64,000 nt of DNA from Candidatus Hermodarchaeota archaeon (GCA_048885925.1 JBHLLG010000011.1:9062-73061); one strand, 5' to 3'. Numbered from the stretch's first letter, positions 43,444 through 54,782 are shown. Notes: a model not told the origin generated them from the sequence alone. Numbers and translations are program-made.

Positions 43444-44061
43444 TTATAATATTATTTTTTGTATAGTATGTTTTTTATTATAAGAGATTACTTTTACACC
43501 TATTTCTCTTAAATTTTCAACAATTTGTAGACATATATCTTCACATATATCTTCTTGAACAAAATGGACAAAAAAAATGGTATCTTTTTTAAATGAGCAT
43601 GCTATATCCAACATTTTCTTGACGATCCATTGAGGTCTTAACTTTAAACTAAGAAATATCTCCTTTTCTTGAATTTCTTCACCTAACATATCGATCCAAT
43701 TTTTTAAACTTTGCCCTTTATAAGATTCTTTATTCTCCATCATTTCATATTCTTCAAACAATTCATTTTGAAACTCTTGTTTTTCAATTATCTCTTGATA
43801 TAAATATCCCATTGCATAATCAGGAATATCTACTTGAAAATAGGGAATCTTAAGTTCATTCAAGGCTAGAGCAAAAGTAGTTTTACTAAATTCTTTCATA
43901 TCAACTTGAAAATCAACTGTAACAAAATCAATATTGTTTCTTTTCAAAAATTCAACTAATTTTGAATGATCTACATTCTGAAAATATCTAGCATTTTCTT
44001 TAGAAGATACATATACAACAATTTTTTTATTTTCTATTGGTTTTAATTCTAATACTTCCAT
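43444..44061 (-). CDS. Hypothetical protein, probable paralog of 42690-43418
   Basis: MEVLELKPIENK vs MPEVLELKPLKNK; SD AGGTGG. Confidence 0.65.
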   Translation of the reverse strand: MEVLELKPIENKKIVVYVSSKENARYFQNVDHSKLVEFLKRNNIDFVTVDFQVDMKEFSKTTFALALNELKIPYFQVDIPDYAMGYLYQEIIEKQEFQNELFEEYEMMENKESYKGQSLKNWIDMLGEEIQEKEIFLSLKLRPQWIVKKMLDIACSFKKDTIFFVHFVQEDICEDICLQIVENLREIGVKVISYNKKHTIQKIIL

Positions 44062-44191
44062 TTTTAATATCCACCTTCAGAATCAATTCTTTATCAACTA
44101 AATTTATTGAATTTATAAAATGATTCATTTATTTTTCATATACAACTCTAAGAAGCGTTGTATTTACTCTAATTAAATGATGATTTGAAAA

Positions 44192-44247
44192 AGATTTAAA
44201 TAATTTGATAAGAATAATTTTAATCGATTTGACAATAAAATTTATCA
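44192..44247 (-). promoter_or_regulatory. Conserved promoter/operator block, copy 1
   Basis: 46/56 ungapped identity to 53352-53407; TGACA-N8-TATCA at 44230-44247; TTTAAA TATA-like box. Confidence 0.6.
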
Positions 44248-44796
44248 AATTTCTTTTTTGTCAAATTTTTTATTCAAGGCTAAAATTAGATTGTTTTATT
44301 TTCCCATGATTTTATAAAAAATCATACTATCTTAATTTGAATATTATTTTTATCATGAAATTAGAAAAAATTAAATTTTTTTATAATATAAGAGAAGTAA
44401 CATTGGAATGTTTGGTCTTATACTATATATCGTGTGATATATTTATTTTGTTGTTAATATTATTAGATAATATGATTGATTTATATGTATAAATCTATTG
44501 AAATTGAATAAAATGATCATTTCCATCTAGTCTAAGTAGTTTTTCCCAATTACAGGTTTTTGGATCCTTAAAATAAAAGTTAAAGTTTTTATATTTTGAC
44601 TACCATTTTAATCATGATGATAATTAAAATTCAAAAAAAACAAATAATTCATTGATAATCAAGATTGTTCATGTTCTATAAAGTTTAATCTGAAGATATA
44701 TATTCTGCTTTACTCATCCAATTATTTCCAATTTAAAGCTTTATCGTGAATGTAAAGAAAGTAATTTTTAAAATTGAAATTATAATTATTTAAAAG

Positions 44797-44979
44797 TTGG
44801 AGGGAAAAAAAACATTGGTTGAAAAGAAAAAGGAAAAAGAGTTTTGTCCTATTTGTGGGTTCATTATAGAAGAAAACGATTATATTTATAGACATAAAGG
44901 ACCTAGTGGGTATAAATGTTCTAACTGTGGATTTTTTGAGTTAATAGTCGAGAATCAATATTCAATACATCACTATTGA
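44797..44979 (+). CDS. Small zinc-ribbon protein
   Basis: CPICG...CSNCG. Confidence 0.6.
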   Translation: MEGKKTLVEKKKEKEFCPICGFIIEENDYIYRHKGPSGYKCSNCGFFELIVENQYSIHHY

Positions 44980-44989
44980 TGAAATAAAC

Positions 44990-46195
44990 TTGTTAATCTC
45001 AGAATTATCATGTAAAAATATTGGAAATTTTATTAATCAATGTTATAGTTGTAATCGTTGTGTCAATGTATGCCCCTTATCTCATTTAGGACTTTTTTTT
45101 CCAAGGCATTTAATTTCAGATTTAATATTCTCAGGATTAGAACAGGTTATAACAAATAATAATATTTGGAATTGCCTTACTTGTGGACAATGTTCAATCT
45201 ACTGTCCTATGACTCAAGAAGCTAAGGGTGTCAATATACCTGAATTAATTTTAGAGTTAAGAAAAATTTCTCTTAAAAATAATTCCGAATTAGAAAAGAT
45301 AGTAAAATGTGAAACTCATAATGATATTTTTACTTTAATTTCAAAAATTATGGCAAACAATCCTTTACATCCTGACAAATTAGGATTTCTAAAAACAAAA
45401 GGATTAAAAACTTCAAAATCAGGTGAAATTGCTTACTTTATTGGATGCCTGCCTTTAATGGATGATCTTTTTTATAAATTTGATTTCAATTATACTGACA
45501 TTCCTTCAACAATAATAAGTTTACTTAATGAAAATGGTATTGCACCAGTAGTTTTGAATGAAAAATGTTGTGGACATGATGTTTTTTGGGGCAGGGGTGA
45601 TATTGAAACGTTTACCAAACTTGCCAATTATAATGTTCAGCTTTATAAAGACGCTGGAGTAAAAACTATTATTGTTAGTTGTGCTGAAGGATTTAAAACA
45701 TGGAAATTTGATTATCCTAAAATAATAGATGATTTTGATTTTAAAGTATTGCATTTTACAGAATTTTTTCTCAATAAAAAAATTCTTGAAAATGTTAAAT
45801 TTCCTTACAATTTTAAAATTAAGGTAACTTATCACGATTCTTGTCGAATAGGACGTTTAGGAGGAAAATTGTATAATCCTCCAAGAGACTTATTAAAACA
45901 GATTCCAGGTGTAGAATTGATTGAAATGGAGTATATTAAAGATGATGCTAATTGTTGTGGTGTTTCAGCATTTGCAAATTGTAATGAGGCTACACGCTTT
46001 CTACGGCAAAATCGTATTAATGAAGCACTTAATACCGGAGCAGATTACTTAATTGTTCCTTGTCCTAAATGTCTTACACATTTCAATTGTTACATAAATG
46101 AAATTTCTTTAAATGAAGAGAATAATGAGCATAGAAATAAATTTAAAGTAATTGATTTAGCAAGTTTTATTGGAAAACTGCTAATGTTTGTTTAG
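44990..46195 (+). CDS. HdrD-like Fe-S oxidoreductase (HdrC-like plus two CCG domains)
   Basis: CYSCNRCVNVCP, CLTCGQCSIYCP, CCG, YHDSC, CCG, CPKC. Confidence 0.85.
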   Translation: MLISELSCKNIGNFINQCYSCNRCVNVCPLSHLGLFFPRHLISDLIFSGLEQVITNNNIWNCLTCGQCSIYCPMTQEAKGVNIPELILELRKISLKNNSELEKIVKCETHNDIFTLISKIMANNPLHPDKLGFLKTKGLKTSKSGEIAYFIGCLPLMDDLFYKFDFNYTDIPSTIISLLNENGIAPVVLNEKCCGHDVFWGRGDIETFTKLANYNVQLYKDAGVKTIIVSCAEGFKTWKFDYPKIIDDFDFKVLHFTEFFLNKKILENVKFPYNFKIKVTYHDSCRIGRLGGKLYNPPRDLLKQIPGVELIEMEYIKDDANCCGVSAFANCNEATRFLRQNRINEALNTGADYLIVPCPKCLTHFNCYINEISLNEENNEHRNKFKVIDLASFIGKLLMFV

Positions 46196-46252
46196 GTTAA
46201 AATAACAAGATTGGAATAAAAATTCAATAAATTTATTTAATAGCTGTGTTGT

Positions 46253-49200
46253 ATGTTAAATTTGCAGAGTAATGTTTTGGTCATTGGAGGAGGAATCTCA
46301 GGGATACAGGCATCTCTAGATCTAACCAAGTTAGGTTTTAGAGTATATTTAGTCGAAATTCAACCAACAATAGGAGGTACAATGGCCCAATTGGATAAAA
46401 TATATCCCACCCTAGATTGTAGTTTATGCATCCTTGCGCCAAAAATGGTTGATGTGTATAGAGATCCAAATATAGAATTATTTACTTATTCTTATGTTAA
46501 AAAAATTACTGGAAATGCTGGGAATTATACAATTACGGTTATAAAAAAGCCAAGATATATAAAAGAAGAGATTTGTAAAGGATGTGGTGATTGTGGAACC
46601 GTTTGTCCAGTTAGAGGAATCCCTAGCGAATTCGATACCAATTTAAAAACTCGAGGAGCTATTTATATTCCTTTTCCGTCATCAGTACCTCCAATATATA
46701 TTATCGATGATTCAAAATGTTTATATTTAAATTATCAGATATGCGGGCTTTGTGCTAAAGTTTGTACTGCAGATGCTATAGATTTTTTACAAAAATCAGA
46801 AGAAATTACATTAAATGTAGGAGCAATCATTATTGCTACAGGAAATAATCAGGAAATGCCAGAAAAATATACCAATTTTGCTGGTTCCTCTCCTAATGTC
46901 TTATCTAATATGCAATTTGAACGTCTTCTTTCTGCGAATGGGCCTACTGGAGGTCAAATCATAAGATTAGATGACAAAAAACATCCTAAATCAATTGGTT
47001 TTATACAGTGCGTGGGTTCTCGAGATTTTCATCATCTTGAATGCAAAAAATATTGTTCTGCAATTTGTTGTATGAATTCGGCAAAGGAAGCAATTGTTGT
47101 GAAGGAACATAATCCAAATATTGAATGTTATATTTTTAATACAGAAATCAGAGCAAAAGGTAAAAATTTTTATGAGTTTATTGAAAAAAGTAAGAATGAA
47201 TATAATGTTAAATATATAAATGGACATGTTTCATATATTAAAGAGAATTTAGATAATGGAAAATTAAGATTATATTATGAAGATATTGATAAAGGAAAAG
47301 TTGGAACTTTTGAAGTAGATATGGCTGTTTTAGCAAGTGCATTATCTCCGACCCCTTCGTATTATGAACTTTTAAAACAACTTAATGTAGATTGTGACGA
47401 TTTAGGATATATTCGTGAGGAAGACCTCATTTTACTTGAAAAAAAGAATGTATTTGTTTCAGGTTATTCTAAAAAACCTAATGATATCCAAATGGCTGTT
47501 GCAGAGGGTTCTGCATGTGCAGCAAAAATTAGTGAAAGATTTTATCCTTTCAGATTTCAAAATATTAAAAAGGTAGAATATCCCCCAGAAATAACAGTAA
47601 GGTTAGAGGATGACCCGCGTGTTGGTATTTTAGTTTGTCAATGTGGTATCAATATTGGAGGAATTGTTAATGTTTCTGAAGTCGTAGACTATGTTTCTAA
47701 ATTGCCCTATGTAGTACATGTCGAAGAAAATATGTATTCATGTAGTTCAGATTCACAAGAACGGATTAAAGAATTAATCATTAAATATAATCTTAATAGA
47801 TTTATAGTTGCATCTTGTACCCCTCGAACACATGAACAACTTTTTAAAAATACTCTCAGAGAGGTTGGATTAAATCCATTTTTATTTGAACTAGTAAATA
47901 TAAGAAACCAAGATTCTTGGGTTCATCAAAACGAACCTAAAAAGGCAACTAAAAAAGCCTGTGATTTAATTAGAATGTATTTAGCAAAGGTGATTAACCT
48001 AAAACCATTAGAAACCATTAAAGTTAAAGTTAAACAGTCAACTCTAATAATTGGTGGAGGCATATCAGGAATTACTGCCGCACATAATTTAGGAAATCAA
48101 GGGTTTGAGGTTTATCTTTTGGATAAGAGATCTATTCTTGGAGGCAGCGCACTTGAATTTATAGATTTATACTATATACCTATTACTAAAAATGAAATTT
48201 TACAGCAAATTAATGATTTAAAGAATAATTCTAATGTTCATATTTTATTAAACTCTGAAATTGTTGATGTTCAAGGTTATGTTGGAAATTATCATGTTAA
48301 AGTTAAAAATATACAAGAGAATTCAAAAGAACAAATCCTCAATGTAGGTACAATAATAGTAGCAACAGGAACAAAGCAAATAAAGACAGTTAAATGGAAA
48401 GAATTATCAGAACGATATCCCAAACGTGTCCTTACTCAAACAGAACTTACTGCAATAAATGATGTAGATATTCCTGAGTTTAAGGATGCTACAATAATAT
48501 TATGCGTAGATCAAAGGAGAGATGTATTTAATGACGCAGAATACATAAAAACTTATTGTTCAAATATTTGTTGTGGAGTTGCATTAAAAAATGTTGAAAA
48601 ACTATTAAATATCAATCCTAATGCCCAAATTCACATTTTATATAGAGAATTTCAATTTACAGATTTAAACGCTGAAAATCTATGTCGAGGGCTTCGGAAG
48701 AAAGCAATATATGAAAGATATCACTCTATTAATGATATCAAAATCAGTGATGAAAAAGATCACTTCCATATTATATATAAAAATATAAGCGCTCAAACAG
48801 ATATAGAGTATAATACAGATTTATTAATATTAGCTACTCCTAACGTTCCTTTTGATGATACTAAAAAATTAGCTAAATTATTAAAGGTATCCACAAATAA
48901 AGATGGATTTTTCTTAGAAGCAGATGCAAAGCTTAGACCAATAGATTTTGCCACTGAAGGTATATTTCTATGTGGAGGAGCTCATTGGCCAAAATGGATT
49001 GGAGAAAGTATAATTCAAGCTTATGGTGCTGCCGGAAGAGCAACAATAATTATGGCTAAAGGAGAAATAGAAACTGAATCTATAACTTCCTATATAGACG
49101 AGGAAAGATGTATCGGTTGTGGTAAATGTATTGAGATTTGCCCATATAATGCTATTGAATTGATAGAAAGTCGTAAAAAAATGGGTTTATACAATATAAG

Positions 49201-49366
49201 TTTAAGAAAGTCACGTATAATTAAGGCTCTTTGTAAGGGTTGCGGAGCTTGTGTTGCAGAGTGTTCAGTTGGAGCTATTGATCAGAATCACTTCAGTAAA
49301 TTTCAAATTAGCAAAATGATCGACTTATTAACTGATATTGATATAGTAGATTATGAAATTATTTAA
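46253..49366 (+). CDS. hdrA: Large HdrA-family protein with two FAD domains (Cys form)
   Basis: Two GGGISG motifs, DCSLCILAP, IQCVGSR, CSAICC, internal CQCG domain, ferredoxin domains. Confidence 0.9.
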   Translation: MLNLQSNVLVIGGGISGIQASLDLTKLGFRVYLVEIQPTIGGTMAQLDKIYPTLDCSLCILAPKMVDVYRDPNIELFTYSYVKKITGNAGNYTITVIKKPRYIKEEICKGCGDCGTVCPVRGIPSEFDTNLKTRGAIYIPFPSSVPPIYIIDDSKCLYLNYQICGLCAKVCTADAIDFLQKSEEITLNVGAIIIATGNNQEMPEKYTNFAGSSPNVLSNMQFERLLSANGPTGGQIIRLDDKKHPKSIGFIQCVGSRDFHHLECKKYCSAICCMNSAKEAIVVKEHNPNIECYIFNTEIRAKGKNFYEFIEKSKNEYNVKYINGHVSYIKENLDNGKLRLYYEDIDKGKVGTFEVDMAVLASALSPTPSYYELLKQLNVDCDDLGYIREEDLILLEKKNVFVSGYSKKPNDIQMAVAEGSACAAKISERFYPFRFQNIKKVEYPPEITVRLEDDPRVGILVCQCGINIGGIVNVSEVVDYVSKLPYVVHVEENMYSCSSDSQERIKELIIKYNLNRFIVASCTPRTHEQLFKNTLREVGLNPFLFELVNIRNQDSWVHQNEPKKATKKACDLIRMYLAKVINLKPLETIKVKVKQSTLIIGGGISGITAAHNLGNQGFEVYLLDKRSILGGSALEFIDLYYIPITKNEILQQINDLKNNSNVHILLNSEIVDVQGYVGNYHVKVKNIQENSKEQILNVGTIIVATGTKQIKTVKWKELSERYPKRVLTQTELTAINDVDIPEFKDATIILCVDQRRDVFNDAEYIKTYCSNICCGVALKNVEKLLNINPNAQIHILYREFQFTDLNAENLCRGLRKKAIYERYHSINDIKISDEKDHFHIIYKNISAQTDIEYNTDLLILATPNVPFDDTKKLAKLLKVSTNKDGFFLEADAKLRPIDFATEGIFLCGGAHWPKWIGESIIQAYGAAGRATIIMAKGEIETESITSYIDEERCIGCGKCIEICPYNAIELIESRKKMGLYNISLRKSRIIKALCKGCGACVAECSVGAIDQNHFSKFQISKMIDLLTDIDIVDYEII

Positions 49367-49378
49367 TTTGGGGGATTT

Positions 49379-49858
49379 ATGCTGATAAAAATTAAAAAAG
49401 TAAGAAATAATGAATTTGAGCCTAAGATACTTGTTTTTTGTTGTAATTGGTGTAGTTACGCTGGTGCAGACTTAGCAGGAGTCTCGAGATTCCAATATCC
49501 CCCAAACATTAGGATTATTAGGGTAATGTGTTCTAGCAGGGTTGAACCAATATTTGTTCTACGAGCCTTTAATAATGGAATAGATGGAGTATTAATTATT
49601 GGATGTCACATGGGAGATTGCCATTATATGAAAGGATTTGAATATACTCAAGATAGAATGGATCATTTAAAGAAGTTAATAAAATGTATTGGGATTGAAG
49701 CAGATCGATTTCAATTGCACTCCATTTCTGCAAGTGAAGGAAAACAATTTTCAGAATTAATTAAAGAATTCACAGAAAGAATTACAGGATTAGGAGAATT
49801 AAAAATTCCTAAAAAATCAGGAATAATTGAATTAGAATCTAATTATAAAACAAATTAA
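49379..49858 (+). CDS. mvhD: MvhD [2Fe-2S] subunit
   Basis: FCCNWCSYAGAD, RVMCSSRV, GCHMGDCHY. Confidence 0.92.
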   Translation: MLIKIKKVRNNEFEPKILVFCCNWCSYAGADLAGVSRFQYPPNIRIIRVMCSSRVEPIFVLRAFNNGIDGVLIIGCHMGDCHYMKGFEYTQDRMDHLKKLIKCIGIEADRFQLHSISASEGKQFSELIKEFTERITGLGELKIPKKSGIIELESNYKTN

Positions 49859-49872
49859 AAAGAGGAATTAAA

Positions 49873-50988
49873 ATGACTGAATTAGGGTTTCAGAAACTTG
49901 AGCAAAGCAACGTAAAAAATTTTCAGGATCTTCAGAACGAAATAATTAAAACTAATAAATGTTGTGCATGTGGAGCTTGCATAGCATATTGCGAGAGTCA
50001 AAGTTTTGATGTTATTGAGATGAACGGCTACATTCCTGAGTTTAAATCAGAAAAAAGTGTTAATAATTGTACTAAATGTGGTGTCTGTTATTATATTTGC
50101 CCTCAAACTAATATATTATTAAAAGAATTAAATGATACTTATTGTATTGAAGATAAAATTGGGCATATTTCCAAAATTTTTGCTGCTAAAACAACAGACT
50201 TAGCATTAGAAAAAGTTGGACAGGATGGAGGTGTTGTTTCGGCAATTCTAACATTTTTATTTGAAAAACATAAAATTGATGCAGCAATTGTTTCAGAATA
50301 TAATGCCAACTTTGAACCTGTCCCAAAAATTATATTTGATAAAGAAGATTTATTCAAATCAGCAGGTACACGTTATTCTATTTCTCCTCAAATATTCCCT
50401 TTAAAAAACTTATATACCATACCGCAAGAGATTCTTATGAAAAAGGAAATATTTGATATTGACCAGCTAAGAATTGCATTTATAGGAACTCCTTGCCAAT
50501 GTAGAGCAGTTAGTAAAATGAAGTTTTTATTCGTGAAACCAGCTCATGTCATTAAGTATATTATAGGTCTTTTCTGTTATGAGAATTTTATTTATTCTCA
50601 ACTATATGATATTTTACAAAGAGAAACAAAAGTTGATCCTACTAATATCAAGAAAACTTGGATAAAGAAGAATTTCTTTATTCAAACTAAGGATAATAAA
50701 GAATTTGAAATTAATATCAAAACTTTAAATGCTGCAGTTAGAAATAATTGCCTTGAATGTGATGAATTCACAGGAAGATTTACAGATATTAGTATTGGAG
50801 CATCTGGAGCTCCAGAAGGATATTCTATGATCCTAATTAGAACTGATAATGGAGAGAAAGTGATAAATAATATGCTTTCAAAAGGAATACTTGAACAATT
50901 TATTGTTCCATTTAACAAAACTATTGAGTGGAAAAATAAGAAATTAGATTGGTTTAATAAATTAATTTCTTTAAAAAACAAGCAGTAG
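49873..50988 (+). CDS. FrhB/FpoF-family F420-binding subunit
   Basis: CCACGAC, GQDGGVV, GTPCQ, GLFCYENF. Confidence 0.85.
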   Translation: MTELGFQKLEQSNVKNFQDLQNEIIKTNKCCACGACIAYCESQSFDVIEMNGYIPEFKSEKSVNNCTKCGVCYYICPQTNILLKELNDTYCIEDKIGHISKIFAAKTTDLALEKVGQDGGVVSAILTFLFEKHKIDAAIVSEYNANFEPVPKIIFDKEDLFKSAGTRYSISPQIFPLKNLYTIPQEILMKKEIFDIDQLRIAFIGTPCQCRAVSKMKFLFVKPAHVIKYIIGLFCYENFIYSQLYDILQRETKVDPTNIKKTWIKKNFFIQTKDNKEFEINIKTLNAAVRNNCLECDEFTGRFTDISIGASGAPEGYSMILIRTDNGEKVINNMLSKGILEQFIVPFNKTIEWKNKKLDWFNKLISLKNKQ

Positions 50989-51100
50989 AATCTTTATTAA
51001 CAAATATTTTTAACTTTAATAAAAATAACCAATCTTTTAATCACTTCAAATTAATTTGAACTGAAGATATAAATTCATATCAATTATTATTCTATATTTT

Positions 51101-51171
51101 TCTGAAAACCCATACGATGGGTTAGTCTCCTCTCAACTAATATTTTTTTGAGAAGATCATTCCTTTCCAGA
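51101..51171 (-). promoter_or_regulatory. Eukaryote-type SECIS element of hdrA
   Basis: UCUGGAAA-GGA-AUGA-UCUUCUCAA-AAAAAUAUUAG-UUGAGAGGA-GA-CUAACCCAUCGUAUGGGU-UUUCAGA directly after the stop codon. Confidence 0.88.
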
Positions 51172-53208
51172 TTAAGTGTGATAAGGAGCTAATGCTTCAA
51201 TCTTTTTCCAAATAAGTTCAATAGATTCAATATATTCTTCCTTATATTCAAGTTCAGTATTACAAATGCCTTTTATCTCTTCAACAATTTGTTTATCTCT
51301 ATAATATTTAAGATCAATTGCCCTAGCTGGACAGGATGATACACAAACACCACATCCTTTGCATTTCAATTCATCTATTTCTGCAATTTTATCTCCATTA
51401 ACCATTACAGCCTTGTAATTACATAATTTTTCACATCTATGACAACCAATACATAGATTTTCATTTATTTCAGCAATTATTAATTCTTGAACGATTGCAT
51501 CTTTTGATAGTAATGTAGATGTTTTACTCGCTGCAGCTAATGCTGTTGATACCGAGTATGGGATATTTTTTGGGCCAGCAGCACACCCACAAATATAAAT
51601 TCCCATATTATTAGTTTCTTGAGGTTTTAGACATCCATGAACTTCAGATAAAAATCCATTAATATCTTTACTTAAACCTAATGTCTCAATTAATTTTGTT
51701 GTATTCTTAGAAGGGATCATGCCCGTTGATAATACAACAAGATCTGTATTCATTGTTATCATATCATTTGTTAAGGTTGAAGAAGCTGTAATTTTGAGGT
51801 TTTTTGTTATTGAATCTTCTCGTATATCACCAACTTTTCCTCGAATCATCATAATCCCTGCTTCTCTCACTTTTCTATAATATTCTTCATTCCCTTTATC
51901 CCATGTACGCATATCTATATAAAAAATGGCAATATTAATATCAGGATATTCTTGTTTTAACAGTTGAGCATTCTTAAGAGCAACATTACAACATACTCCT
52001 GAACAATAAGGATTTCCTTTTAAAGATCTCGAACCAACACATTGAATCATAGCTACTGTTTCTGGGATTCTTCCATCAGAAATTCTATAGACATGACCCC
52101 CTGTTGGTCCAACTGGACTTAACATGCGCTCTAATTCTATTTGAGTAATTACATCTGGATAAATTCCATATTTATAATCATTATTTTTCATAATTGGATA
52201 TTCATCCCATCCTGTGGCAAGAATTACAGCACCAACTCTTATATCAATAAATTCTGGCACCTGTTCAAAATCAATAGCTTCTGCTTGACACAATTTTTGA
52301 CAATTTTTGCATTCTATGCACACATTCTTATCAATTATCGCAACTTTAGGTACAGCTTGAGGAAATGGTATATAGATTGCACTACGTTCACCAATACCAC
52401 GATTGAATTCATTAGGTACTGTTATAGGACATTTTGTGGTACATAATCCGCATCCTGTACACTTTTTTTCGTTAACATAACGTGGATTTTTTTGTATTCT
52501 AACATTATATTTCCCAGGAATACCACTAAATCCAATAATTTCACTATAAGTCAGAAGGGTTATATTTGGGTGTTTTGAAGCATTTACCATTATAGGGGCT
52601 AAAACTCATATAGCACAATCGTCAGTGGGATAAATTCTATCTAATTGTGCCATTTTTCCACCAATAGTTCCTTCTTTTTCGATTAGAAAAACTCTCACTC
52701 CCTGATTTGCTAAATCTAATGCAGCATTCATCCCAGCAATTCCAGCACCTATTATTAATACTGATTTCTCCACTGAAATTTTTTTATACGGAACAATCTC
52801 TAATTCTCGAGCACGATTGATACCTGCTTGTACTAATCTTATAGCTTTTTCAGTTGTATCTTTTTTATTATTTGAAGATATAAATGAGCAATGTTCACGA
52901 AAATTTACCATTTGAAAATAATATGGATTTAATCCTGCTTCAGCTAAAACTGCTCGATAAGTAGACTCATGAATTTTTGGTGTACAAGCAGCTACAACTA
53001 CTCGGTTTAAATCTAAATCCAAAATATCGTTCTTGATAAGATTTTGCCCTGGATCACTGCAAGTAAAATCATTTGCTCTAGCTATAATGATATTTGGGAG
53101 TGCTTCAACATAATCTCTAATAAGGTCACAATCAATACTGGCTCCTATATTAACTCCTCATCTGCAAATATACACTCCGATTCTTGCAATGGTCTGTTTT
53201 TCAGACAT
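51172..53208 (-). CDS. hdrA: Selenocysteine-containing heterodisulfide reductase subunit A (678 aa, Sec17 and Sec201)
   Basis: One frame from ATG 53208; TGA 53158-53160 in IGVYICR-U-G; TGA 52606-52608 in DDCAI-U-VLAP; SD GGTGA; 3' SECIS. Confidence 0.92.
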
Positions 53209-53351
53209 CTAATTCACCCTTCCAAACCTCACCAAATATTATTCTATAATAATATCTCAAGATTTTGTTTTGAGAAAAAAAACTAAATTTACATAAATGT
53301 AAGTATAATTATTTTATTGTACTTTATCCCGATTAAATAATGAATTAGAAG

Positions 53352-53407
53352 AGATTTAAAAAATCTGATAAGAATAATTATAGTCATTTTGACAAATGAA
53401 TTTGTCA
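53352..53407 (-). promoter_or_regulatory. Conserved promoter/operator block, copy 2
   Basis: TGACA-N8-TGTCA at 53390-53407; matches 44192-44247; a third site lies at 53557-53574. Confidence 0.6.
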
Positions 53408-53648
53408 TTATTATATAAAATGTATTGATTTGGTCTTTGATTTGATCTTAATCCAATATAGTGTTTACCTTTTTCTTTGTATTGTGCAAATTATCGATAG
53501 TGACAATTATGTTTTATGGGAAAACTTTTAGTCAAGATGATCATATTTATATAGTTTGACAATCATATTTATCATAGAGATCATAAAAATTATTAAAATA
53601 GTCATAATAAATTTTATGATTATAAAATTAATTTAGTGATTTTTCATA

Positions 53649-54782
53649 ATGAGGATAAAGACTTTTAAAGATTTAATTGAAGAAGTTCATAAACCAGGTA
53701 TTTGTCAAGAATGTGGGGGTTGTGTTAGTTTTTGTAATTCAATTAAATATGATGCAATTGGGTTTAAAAAGCCTAATTCACCTCCGGAGTACTTAAATGA
53801 AGATAAATGTCTTGAATGTGGAATTTGTTATTTTATATGCCCACAGACACATATTTTAGATGAGGATTTAAATAAAACTTATAATTTTTCAGATAGTACA
53901 AAAATGCCTTTAGGATTTATAGATAGTATTTACTCTTGCCAATCTTTAGATGATGAATTTTTAAAATATGGAACAGACGGAGGTGTTGTGAACTCTATCA
54001 TTAATTATTTAATAGAAAAAAATTTTATTGAAGGAGCAATTGTAGCAAAAACAACATCACCTTTTAATAGGGAATCGATAATAGCTAGAAACAAAAAAGA
54101 TTTAATTGGTGCTTCGGGTGTCAAATTAGATATAACTCCTCAGCTAGAAATTGTACAAAAGTTTCATACTTATACGAGTTCATTACCCAGTTTAAGGCAT
54201 TATAAATTTAAAAAAATAGCATTAGTAGGCACACCTTGTCAGATTTATACGATTAGATGTATGCAAGAATTAGGTATTATTCCATCTGAGAATATCGAGA
54301 TTTGTCTAGGATTATTTTGTTATGAGAATTTCTTTTTTGACAAAGAGAGGGTAGAGAAATTCGAAAAATACTTTAAGCTTAAGTTTAAAAATATTGAAAG
54401 GGTAAACATAAAGGAAAATTTAATTATCAACATAAAAAATAAGAAAAATCCTCAAAAAACTATTCATATTCCATTTGAAAAATTAACTGATTATTCACGT
54501 CCAGCTTGTAGTGTTTGTAAAGATTTTACGAATATTTACGCAGATATTTCATTTGGAGGATTAGGTTCACATGATAAATATACAACTGTAATCACACGCA
54601 CTAAAAAAGGGGAGGAATTAATCAATAAAGCGCTGCGAGCAGGTGTAATTAAAAGATTTAGATTAGATAGCTCCAATTTAAAGGATTTAAAAGAAACATT
54701 AATACAATTTACTCAGTTGAAGTTAAAGCGAACAGAAGAAAATATGAGATATAAGATGATAACAGGGAAATCGTCATCATGA
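53649..54782 (+). CDS. FrhB/FpoF-family F420-binding subunit
   Basis: CQECGGC, GTDGGVV, GTPCQ, GLFCYENF, ADISFGG. Confidence 0.85.
   Translation: MRIKTFKDLIEEVHKPGICQECGGCVSFCNSIKYDAIGFKKPNSPPEYLNEDKCLECGICYFICPQTHILDEDLNKTYNFSDSTKMPLGFIDSIYSCQSLDDEFLKYGTDGGVVNSIINYLIEKNFIEGAIVAKTTSPFNRESIIARNKKDLIGASGVKLDITPQLEIVQKFHTYTSSLPSLRHYKFKKIALVGTPCQIYTIRCMQELGIIPSENIEICLGLFCYENFFFDKERVEKFEKYFKLKFKNIERVNIKENLIINIKNKKNPQKTIHIPFEKLTDYSRPACSVCKDFTNIYADISFGGLGSHDKYTTVITRTKKGEELINKALRAGVIKRFRLDSSNLKDLKETLIQFTQLKLKRTEENMRYKMITGKSSS

Noticed and set aside
51172-53208. hdrA as a split pseudogene, or UGA as a general sense codon
   Set aside because: Both UGAs sit at conserved Cys positions with a SECIS present. 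UGA ends other complete genes normally (fwdB, fwdA, gdhA), and Trp is encoded by TGG.
53044-53286. Listed 80-aa plus-strand ORF
   Set aside because: Antisense to the 5' part of Sec-hdrA.
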